Positions 27,001-38,500 of a stretch of 64,000 nucleotides of DNA are shown here, piece after piece. The notes beneath the pieces were generated by a model. The model searched no databases. It was given only the letters and a program-made list of their open reading frames with translations, and was not told the origin of the DNA. Position numbers and translations under genes: made by a program. How positions within the stretch are numbered: the stretch's first letter is position 1; the number at the start of each line of letters is the position of its first letter. The DNA comes from Squalus acanthias (taxonomy: Eukaryota). The stretch is taken from positions 21,204,001 through 21,268,000 of the forward strand of contig CM059451.1 in the NCBI GenBank assembly GCA_030390025.1, in the 5' to 3' direction.

Positions 27001-29524
27001 GACCCTGGCGGGGTTTCCCGACGTCGGGAAGCCCACACCTCTGATGGAAAAATGGGGATAATCCTCTTAACTACCTGTTAACAGGCAGTTAAGTGGCTGT
27101 AATCCCCTTCCCGCCTCCAGGAGACGGGACCCGGCGCGGGTCGGGTACCTGCCTCCTGGGAAGATGGCACAGAGGTGGGTTGGGGGCGGGATGGGTACCC
27201 GCCCCCAGATTCTGACATTTTCCCGGCAGTCCCACCTTCATACCCGCCTCCCCAGGGCTGGCAAAATCGCTCCCTTGACTTTGGTACAGGCATTCACAGC
27301 ATCACTGGTAGAGCACCACTTTGTGCTTAATCCTTCTGTTGCTAGCCCTTTGATACTGACTAACTTCCCAGACTGGAAGGATGAACATCCTAATTAGAAT
27401 TGACAGGAAGGGTGAACTCATTATTCTGCCACTTACGAATCTATTACCATTTTTGATGGCCAACTCCTGCATAGCCTCACAACAGAGGCTTATGTCACAA
27501 AAAAGCCAGGTGCCAGTAGGAATCTTTTCTGGACTTGGAGTTGTCCTCAGCGCAGATATTACTATGATTCTATAGCTCCTCCAATGTGATCTGCACTCAA
27601 AATAGTGAGAAAAATCGAGAGTAAAACAAGGTAGAGTGCTGGGCCTTGGAGGAAAGGAGTTGGATGCTGGAAAACTGCAGCAGATGATTGACATTCTCAA
27701 GGTACTTTGAGAATATATTGTACCAGATTCACTGAATCAATTGTACTGTGGCAAAGTACCTAATGGAAAGATTTTTTTCCCTTTCTGAATAGGGATCTAG
27801 TCTATTTTGGGGTATTTTTTTTTTTCCCCCCTGTGTAGGATTTGCTATCATGTGTAGATTAAACTTGTTTTGAACGAATGAAGACCACTCCTGTAATACA
27901 GAATGTAACCTTGATCCGTGCATTTATATTACAGTTCTGCTCCTTTTGAGTAGTTGCAGAACACCATTTAGGCAAGGTATCAGTCAGACCACCAGGTTCA
28001 AACTTTCACTAATTTTGACTTGACTGCAGATCAGAAGCCCAAATGATGTTGATGCAGAACTCGCTTTCTGCTATACCCCAGTCTTTTTTTTTCTTCCCTA
28101 GGTTGACCTTGTGTACCTGCTATATTTTTGGCCGACATACCTTTGTGCTTCTTAACTTTGTTCATCCTCTCTGATTTATGACACTGCAAATTATGAAGTG
28201 TTCAAAAATAATACTACTAAAGTACATTTCATTCTCTGTCTTTTCTGGTAATTACTATTTTAGCTTTGCATGAAAGAGGTTTAATACTTTGCCATTTGTT
28301 TTCCCTTTCAGGTACTGAAATAAGTTCTCCAAGCAGAGTTCTTCAGCCAATCAAACTATATAACCAATTGAGCAGTAGACATCATTTCTCATCCCAGAAA
28401 TCAGCCAGATGTAAACCTGATGGCCTGGACTTCAACTTGGTCTGTATATGCCTCTGGATAGTAGTGAAAGTGTACCAAGCACCTTGGTATTCTTTGCAAA
28501 TGAGCAGGACTATAGCTTGTGCAAACGTTTCTACCGCCTCCCCCTCCGCCCCCTCGCCCCAGGCTCACTAGAGTAATGTGCTGAGATTGTCTTGTGAATT
28601 ATAAATGTCTTTCCTTTACTTACTTCCTTCCCTTCTCCCTCTCGCGCCCCCCCCCCCCCCCCCCCCCCCCAAACACAGGGATATCAAGATGGTGGCTGGT
28701 TACAGTATAAAGTACTTTATTAAATGATACTGGACCCAATCTCAGTCAGACCATTGGGAAGGTTCCTAATGGAAACCAGGTATCTGCTCCCTCTTAAGAT
28801 GGAGTCAGTTAGAAGTGTTTTTCCCCTCCTAGCAGCTAATCACAAAGTGACCCTAGGAATAAGTTGACTATCTTGGCCGTTGAGTGGCACAGGAGCACCA
28901 AAAGAGGGAGAAATTATAGTCCCTTTTTTTCAATCCCATTGTTTCTACTTAATCTAACCTGCTCCTGCTGTGTTCTGTGGAAAAATGCTGTACTAGAGCA
29001 ACTGTTTTACTGCTGGCCTATATGATGAATCAGTTGTCTCTCAATGAAATTAACCTTCTACAAGTTTTTGGCAAACTTAGGTTGTGTGAAATCTCCTTTG
29101 TGCTAATAGTTCCTATTTATTGTATCAATCTTTTGTTCTGTGTCCTCACTTGTGATTTATGGGTCTTTTCACAAAAGAAAAACGAGACAGTATGATCCCC
29201 TCACTTTGCGTTAACCGCTGTGCTGTTCCGGGATTAGGTTTGAAGTGCAGTCCTGGGTCTACACACACCAGAACTTTGCATTCAAGGACTGCTCTAAGCG
29301 CTCCTATGGCAGGTGCAACGTGGGGGAAATACTGCATGGCATGTGTGAACAATCGATTGCAAAGTATACTGGCAATAGTCACCATGAGCAGGGAACTTGA
29401 TTTTGGCTTCCTAACTCTCAATATATTTTGGGATGCAGAAGAACTAAACTGGGCCTTTGTGAAGTATTTTTAAGGAGGCAGTTAGAGAAGGAAGGAAGAG
29501 CGTCATATATGGATTGTTTCTGCA

Positions 29525-29555
<31 letters not shown>

Positions 29556-32500
29556 CCCCGACCACTCCCCACTCCAGCTATTCTACAAATGAGTCTCTGA
29601 TTCAGTTCAGCCTGGTTCAGATTTTGTGCATTCTGTTGATGTTACCTAAGCTGTGAGCTGTGATCCCTTTTAGATTTAGTCATCCCTACACAGGAAGTGG
29701 TAATCCCAGCCTCCTATTTAAGTTATTTACTGATCTTTTTGTTGCAAATATTAAATATAGATGAAACAAGAAGTGTTGGTAGTCTTAAATGTTCAAAGCA
29801 ATATTTAGAAAAGTTGAAGCCATGGCAAACCTCAGACGTCCTCTGTCTGTAGAATCAATGCTTTCAGCTAACTACAAACTTTTGAGCATCCACTCGGTGT
29901 TTGAGCAAAGATTGAATTTTTTTTTCTAGACCTCTCCCGATTATTGGATTTCACGTTACTATAAATTAAGAGTGTAGATGTAAACTGGGATAGATTAATG
30001 ACAACTGAGCCAGTGAGGTCATTGGGGCCAAAATGGTGCGATTTCCCCCTTTCCCAAAATTACCCATTCCCATAATTTGGCCATTTTTTCTATCTTTTTG
30101 TGTCCCCACCTCTCTTTTCCCCCACCCATTGAAATCTGAATAATCTAGAACTACCTAACATTTTCTTCATCTCTCTCTCTCTCTCTCTCTCTCTTCAGAT
30201 GGAAAGAGCTTATGAATCTTCTAGCTGTGCTCCCCCCACGTTTGTTTCTGCTGGAGTTCCCGGCACTTGGAAACCAGATGCCAAAGGTAGGTAGAAAAAA
30301 AGACGTGCATTTAAATAACGCCTTTCACGACCTCTGGACGTCCCAAAGTGCTTTGCAGCCAATTAAATAGTTTTGAAGTGTAGTCACTATTGTAATGTTG
30401 GGAAATGCGGCAGCCATTTTGTGCACAGCAAACTCCCACAAACAGCAATGTGATACTGACAGGGCAGGGTGGGTGACCTGGTGATGGAAGGTGTCATCGA
30501 CAGTGTGAGTGTCTCACCTCCTGACTGCCTAAAGCCTTTCCACCATCTACAAGGCACAAGTAAGGAGTGTGATGGAATACTCTCCACTTGCCTGGATGAG
30601 TGCAGCTCCAACAACACTCAAGAAGCTCGACACCATCCAGGACAAAGCAGCCAGCTTGATTGGCACCCCATCCACCACCTTAAACATTCACTCCCTCCAC
30701 CACCGGCGTACCGTGGCTGCAGTGTGTACCATCTACAAGATGCACTGCAGCAACTCGCCAAGGCTTATTTGGCAGCACCTCCCAAACCCGTGATCTCTAC
30801 CGCCTAGAAGGACAAGGGCAGCAGGCGCATGGGAACACCACCACCTCCAAGTTCCCCTCCAAGTCACACACCATCCTGACTTGGAAATATATCGTCGATC
30901 CTTCATCGTCGCTGGGTCAAAATCCTGGAACTCCCTCCCTAACAGCACTGTGGGAGTACCTTCACCACATGGACTGCAGCGGTTCAAGAAGGCGGCTCAC
31001 CACCACCTTCTCAAGGGCAACTAGGGATGGGCAATAAATGCTGGCCTTGCCAGCGACGCCCACATCCCATGAACGAATTTTTAAAAAAAGCTCCACAAAC
31101 AGCAATGTGATAATGGTAGGGCAGGGTGGGTGACCTGGTCCCAGTGCTGTTCTCAGCTGAATGTCAGGAGGCAAATGAGTGGCCCAGTGGTGGCTCTCCA
31201 TTCACTTTTTCCCTTTTGCAGCATGGCCAAGAACTGCTCAGCAGAGTGAAGGTCGAACCTGCATCCTCCATTCTGTCTAATACCTACCAGTAATTCAACT
31301 CTTGGTAGAATAAACATCAAGATTCAAAGTAATTAAATTTTGCATGGGACTTGGTGCAAGTTAGGTTACGGGCAGCAGAGTTTTGGATGAGCTTAAGTTT
31401 ATTGAAGGCAGAAGATGGGAGGCCGGCCAGGAGAGCGTTGGAATAGTTGAGTCTGGAGATAACAAAAGCATGAATGAGGGTTTCAGCAACAGATTGGCTG
31501 AGGCAGGGGCGGAGACGGGCGATATTACAGAGGTGGAAGTAGGTGGTCTTGGTGATGGAGCGGATATGGGGATCGGAAGCTCAGCTTGGGGTCAAATAGG
31601 ACGCAGAGGTTGCGAACGGTCTGGTTCAGCCTGAGACAGTGGCCAGGGAGGGGGATGGAATCGGTGATTAGGGACCGGAGTTTGTGGTGGCGGACTGGAT
31701 GTCAGACAAGCAGTCTGACAACACAGGCAGTGGAGAGGTCAAGAAAGGTGGTGGTGAGGTAGAGCTGGGTACCGTCAGCGTATATGTGGAACAGAAAGTG
31801 AGAAACCCCTTCACACAGAGAATTGTGAGACAGTATTTATCTGCCAATTATGAGTTTTGCTATCAAGGTGGAGCATGGATTGGACTGAGACTGCTCAAAG
31901 TTTTCACCGAAGATCATTGATCTCCGTGTCAGAGGAGATGCCATCATCCTTTGTGCTAGCTTAAGACCAAAGTCCGAGCCATAAAATGAACACATTGTGC
32001 CATAGACTCGTTGTCACTCTGATGGTTTTGTAGGACTGAGGTGATGCTGATACTGTGAAAACCTCTCTTTCAGATCTAGAAAAGCAAACACCTGACAGAG
32101 TGTTACGACCATCTAACCATCACTTCAGCAGTACTCTGGCTCCATCATCACAAAACCTATGGCATCCGAGACGTATACCTGCTCCCCCTTCAAGTGTGGT
32201 CAGTATACATCTAGGGTTGGGTTTGAACTGGTGGTTTGTGTATTAGACTTCCGAGAAATCATTTTGAGTACCGATGATCAAAGGGTAGTAGATTGGTATA
32301 ATAAACTAGTAACTGAAAAATGTATTTGTAATGACTGTCCTATCCAAGGAAATTGGAAGCATTTTATATTGATCAGTACAAAAAGAAAATACTGCAGATG
32401 CTGGAAATCTGAAATAAAAACAGAAAATGCTGGAGATACTCAGCAGGTCAGGCAGCATCTGTGAAGAGAGAAACAGTTAACGTTTCAGGCTGATGACCTT

Positions 32501-35500
32501 TCGTCAGAACTGCTTTTTTTCCAGTTCTGACGAAAGGTCATCGGCCTGAAACGTTAACTCTCTTCACAGACCTGCTGAATATCTCCAGCATTTTCTGTTT
32601 TTATTTATATTAATCAGTGTTCAGTCTTAAGGTTAATGTGTAACTTTAAGGTTAAGGTATGTGGTTACTTTCCTTATCTTCCTGCCAATTTTCTTTCTTC
32701 GTCCTCACCCAGTGTCAGTTATTCAAGCCTTTTGTCAGTGGGCGGGGGGGGAGGAGGTCTTGCCACAGCCACACCCGTTCATTCTTCTTCCTTTCTCTAT
32801 TTTTCGTTTTCCTATCCAGGACACTGAGGCCAATTATAGTGCCTCTTTGAACGCTGTGGCTAAGATAAGCTAACCCAACACAGACTGGGTTAGAAGACAA
32901 CGTACATGTGCCCCCCTGCTCCCAAAAAAAAGGTGACTAGCCTGCTGACACTTGCAGTCTAGGATCACTTATAAAGAATCCTCGTTTAGGTGAGGTAGTA
33001 GAGAAGTGTAGAACAATACATCTGCATGAGTTACTATCTTTACAAGAAAGGGGAGGGGGAATTGAAGGGGGATATAAAGGAACTTGCTGGAAATAAAATA
33101 GAAATTCATGCTCAAATGTACTGTCTAGTACTTTAAGATTTTAACATTTGATTTTTTTTGAGAGTTACTTGTGTTGAGTAAAATAAGTGAACAGTAATTT
33201 TCCTTTAAACTCTGCATTAATTGTTTAGTTCAATTACATTTACAGCATAATTGCAAATTCAGTTCAAAACAAGTTTATTGAAGTAAAATGAGTTAAATTC
33301 TAAAATGCTGCGTACTCAAATGCTCCCACCAATCATGAACATTTAGTGACAATATGGGCTCAGCAATTTAATAAAGAACTTGTACACGTGTACTTTTAAT
33401 TGCCATTAGCGATACAAAAGGGGAGTTGAGAACTTTTTTCACCCAGAGGGTGGTGGGGGTCTGGAACTCCCTGTCTGGAAGGGTGGTAGAGGCAGAAACC
33501 CTCATCACATTTAAAAGTACTTGGATATGCACTTGAAGTGCCGTAACCTACAAGGCTACAAACCAAGAGCTGGAAAGTGAGATTAGACTGGATAGCTCTT
33601 TTTCTAAATCACTGGTTCAAAATCAGTGTTCACACTTAATGGAGTGACTGACAAACCCACAAAGCCAGTATGACTTCAGAATGAGCAGTTAAATGTGTTC
33701 CTATTGCTACTAATACTCTTAATAAATTCTTACTACCCTGTTCAATTTGTAGTGTTCCTTCTCCTGTATGTGTTGAGAATTTGAGATCCTGCATTTCTGC
33801 TTCCAAGCACTGTCCTTTTTCATTCACAGACATTCAGAAATTTGGTCTAGGTTCTTTTGTTAACCTACCTTTTTTCATTCCTACAGGTTGCAACTTACAA
33901 ATCTGTGAAATGGTCAGATGTTCACTCTGTTACGGGCAAGGCAGATGAGAGTAATGCCTCAGACCATGCAAAGGATGGTGACTATCTGCCAATGGTGGGT
34001 GAAGGATAGCGAGACCGTATTTGTGTCATGTAGCACATTGCAACTTTTTCTGTTGATTTAAGTTGGTAATGTTTGTTCGAAGACTACTGTATATACTCTT
34101 GTACAAGACAAGAATTTATGTCACTGGGGGTTGAAAGAGCGGTCATAAAACCCATCTTTTTGGCCAAGCTGTCAGTCACCTGTCCTAACTCTCCCCTTGT
34201 GGCTTGGAATCCATTCCTTTTTCTCTCCCTCTGTAAAGTGCCTCGGAAAGTTTTTTTCAGTTAACGTTGCCTTATAGACACAAGTTGTTGTTGAACGAGG
34301 CTGCTAAATATCGCACTAAACGAACATTGTCCAAATAGCTGGTCACTGCGCAAACAAAATGCAGAAATTGGCTTTCTCGAAATTAAAGGGGTGTGATCAC
34401 GTTGGTTACCTTTTTTTCAAATTAGATAGGCCTCCTGGTTTTAAAGAGTGTGTTAACTGTCTTAGTTACAAATTTTAAGCAGTTTTGTATACGCAAATGG
34501 ACAGAAATCAAAGCTGAGGCCTTCAGTGTTGTTCCATCAATTGTCACTAGGAGGTACACTCTCTAGGACCGCCACCAATGTTTCCCAATTTTCTGATAGG
34601 GTGCAAATGAAGTTCTGTAAAATAACATATCAAAGTGAAGGCGTGATGAGATTTTGCACTGCGTATGTAATGGGTTTGACACATTCTCTATTTTAGGATC
34701 GGATAGTACTTCGTCTTTTTAATGATTCAGAAGATCCAAATGAAGTCGAGAAAGCAACAGAGACCCCAAGCTTGAAGCAGCAATTGGAAAGACCAAAGTC
34801 CAAGCAGGGTCCGGGGCTGGTCGATCTAAAGCTGGAAAAGCTAAAGGTACAAGAACCGGCGTTTAATGGCTGTAATTTAAACACTAGTTAAAATACACTC
34901 GTACGGCTTCCAGTAATGTCGTTATTTGTTGACTTTGTATCACTTGGGTGTTCTAAAACTTTGCTCCTTTCACAGCCTCATTAATTTCCTTCCCTTTTCC
35001 CAACAATTTCATATGGTGGGAGGGTTGTGGGAAAGGGAGGAAAAAAGAGGATCTCTCTCTCTTTCCTCCCCTCCAGCATCCTTATTAAAAAAAAAGCTAA
35101 TGAATACAGTTTACATAATTAGCTTATGATTCTTTCAACCTAAGGTACTAAGACTAATGGGAGTGTTTTCCCTTTTTGGTTTTCGTGTTCTCTTGTTTCT
35201 CATTTCTAGTGCTAATTTTCCTCCCCGCCTGCTGTTCCCTGGCCAAAAGAAGAGTTGCTCAATTCTCTGCCAGTACTTCTGTTCTCCACTCCTCACAATG
35301 GCATAGCTGAGCATTCACCGTGTATGCATCAACGTTCCCGCCAAGCTACGCGGCTGCGCAGCTGTCTGGAGGTCCCGCGCAGGCCGCTTACCGGCTTTTG
35401 ACTGGGAGATTTTGCACATGCGTGACATTTTGAATGGGCCGCGCAGCCCGTTAAATGGACCACGCACCCAAAAGAAAAAATTAGGGGGAGCATTGGTATT

Positions 35501-38500
35501 CATCTTTCTTTGTGATCCATGATTTAAGAGTGGAGTACCAAGTGCTGTGTCATCATTTTCTTTGTTCTGTTTTCTCCAGGTTCTTGAGCTGTTGTGATTT
35601 TTATTTTACAGAAAATTGAACTTCTTGCACAACTTCTTCAGAAAGAGATGCAAGAGGTAAAGGTGATTGAAGAGACGCTCACAGAAAGCAACTGTGACGC
35701 AAGTGTACCCATCTTCCCAGAAGAACATCCCAATTTGGCTGGTGCCGTCTTGAAAAGCAGACCAATCACCACAGCCTTGAAGCAGCAAGAAGCTGAAAAA
35801 CATGCCCTGCCTTCCCACTGTACGGCCCTGACTTCTAATCAAACACCTATGCTTGTGGCCTGTTCAATACAGACTAACTGTGTTTCTGGAGCTGCAAATA
35901 GTCTTCCTACCATCGGCCGCCAGTCTGAGATGTTGCTTCCTTCTACTGACATGGCTTTGAATGTGATGGACACATTGCCCACACCCATTTCCCATAGCTC
36001 TTCACACTTGCACACAACTGTCCAGGGGTTAAAATCCCAATCTCTTTATTGCAGTGGAAACAGAGGTGAGCTACTTATCATTAGTATCATAGAATCATTT
36101 ATATATGTAGATTTAGGAAGTTAGATAGGTTGCTTTTATAATGAAAGGACTGTTCTACCAGGGCAACACGGTGGCATAGTGGTTAGCACTGTTGCCTCAC
36201 AGCGCCAGGGACCTGGGTTCGAATCCGGCCTCAGGTGACTGTCTGTGTGGAGTTTGCACATTCTCCCCGTGTCTGCGTGGGTTTCCTCCCGGGTGCTCCG
36301 GTTTCCTCCCACAGTCCAAAGATGTGCGGGTTAGGTTGATTTGGCTATGATAAATTGACCCTTCGTGTTAGGGGGATTAAAAACGTGGGGTTACGGGGAT
36401 AGGGTGGGATATGTGTCGGTGCAGGCTTGATGGGCCGAAATGGCCTCTATCTGCATTGTGGGGCTTCTGTGATTATTACAGCATAATATTCTGCTGCTAC
36501 AGTTAACCGGGCCAGTCCTTTTAAGGCCACAAATTCCTAATTGTTGTAAATGGGGATAATGAGGTTAATTTCTGTCGGTGAGGGAAGTTTTCAGATCGGC
36601 AGGTGCTTGTATGGCTCCAGGTCAATATAAAATGATTACCTATCTTTGTTTATTTAAATTTTGACACTTTCTGAAGTAATATCCTGACGTATTGTAAAGA
36701 TGAGAAATGCCATGATATTAAGGGTAGACAGTGTGAGATTCACAGCGCCCTTCTCGTGTTTTGAATCCCTGTTTAGTCTCGGAGCTAAAAGTATCCAACA
36801 GAAACTGGGAATGTTCATTCTCAGCACAGCAGCCAGATCTCTGAAGAGGAGTAAAAGTCCCTCCAGGTTACTGGAATTATTAAGAACATTCCATTCCCCC
36901 TACAAAAGCAACATTTCTTTTTAAAGGAAAAAGACTTGTATTTGTGCAGCACTTTATTGTATATCTCACCAAGATCTCAAAATGCTTCACATACAATGGA
37001 TGACTTTTGAAGTGCAAAGACTGCTGTTATGTCGGTAACCATAGCAGCCATTTTGTACAAAGTAAGATCCCATACTTAACAATAAGAAGAATGACCAGCT
37101 AATCTGTTTTAGTGGAGCTGGTTGAGGGTGAAAGTTTGGCCAGGACATTTAATGGGTCTTTAACCTCCACCCAAACAGCTGTGTCAGTACTGCACTCCAG
37201 TGTCGGCCTAGATTGAGTCCTGGAGTGGTGCTTGAACCCACAATCTTCTGACTTGGAGATGGAAGTGTTATCAACTGAGCAAAGCTGATCATTGATCAAT
37301 GAATAACTATTGCAGTTTGATCCCACTTTTTATTCTCAACTGGAGTATTGCATCCAGTTCTGGTCACCACACTTTAGGGAGGATGTGAAGGCCCTTGAGA
37401 GGGTGCAGAGGAGATTTACCAGAATGGTTCCGGGGATGGGGGTATCTTAGTTACAAGGACAGGTTGGAGAAGCTGGATGTGTTTTCATTAGAGCAAAGGA
37501 GGTTGAGGGGTGATTTGATAGAGGTGTACAAGATTATGACGGGTTTGGATAGGCTAGTTGATGGTACAAGGACTAGGGGACACAGATTTAAGGTTTTGGG
37601 CAAGAGATACAGGGGGATGTGAGGAAAAGCTTTTTTACGCAGTGAGTGGTGATGACCTGGAACTCGCTGCTGATGGAAGTGGTGGAAGCGGAGACACTCA
37701 ATGTTTTCAAGGGGAGACTGGATAGGCACTTGAGGGAAATAAACTTGCAGGGCTACGGGGATGGAGCGGGGGAATGGGACTGACTGGATTGCTCTACAGA
37801 GAGCCGGCACGGACTCTGGGCCGAATGGCCTCCTTCTGTGACATTATGACTCTGACTCTATTCATGAATTGTAAAGTTCACAGGTGCAATTTAGAAATGC
37901 TTCTTTTTTCCGGAGAAGTATAAAAAGGACAAGTTCTGGGTTTGGATACTACAATTGAAAACAAAAAAAATGGCCCACTTAGTTACAAGTATTCACCAAA
38001 AGACAGTTGATCCTAGTTTTTTGGAAATTATTTGAGTACCATTAGAATTGCACTGTGAACTTTAAAAGCTGCCTGTTCTGACCTCCAGGCAGAGCTACCC
38101 TGCTCTCGACCGGCATCAAGCAAAGGTTTGGTGAGATTCTTCCTGGATGCCGAAAACGTTTCCAGGAGGCACTTTTAGACGACGAGGTTTCCTGTTGGCT
38201 CGCTCGTGCCATCCAGTCACCTGATGGGAGGATAAAGAGGGAAAGAAACTGCACCAATCCAGTAGCCAAAATACTTGAGCAACAAGAAGTTATGGTGAGT
38301 AATACCACCACCAAAGAAGAACTTCCGGGGTATTGTCCCTTGATCTAGTGTGAATTTTGTTCCTGGGAAGGGAAAGGAGCAAACAAGGTCAATCTTCCTT
38401 ACAGTAGCATTTGTGATTTACAGCATGCCAATCTAGGTTTGTGACTTGCACAAGTGTACTTCAGCAACAGTTACAAGTTGACCTAAACATTTGTAAAAGC

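Larger units (their letters stand above)
32378..32606. mobile_element. Second palindromic Penelope-terminus-like element (different family) with TSD
   Basis: Inverted arms around a 9-nt loop (32513-32521); flanks TTTATATTGATCAGT (32363-32377) and TTTATATTAATCAGT (32604-32618). Confidence 0.75.

Noticed and set aside
32820-32873. Possible extra TROAP exon ([17 protein letters not shown])
   Set aside because: Good acceptor, but there is an in-frame stop and no convincing donor; exons 9 and 10 already join in phase.
36161-36235. tRNA gene
   Set aside because: This and similar A/B-box sequences are SINE heads continuous with SINE bodies.
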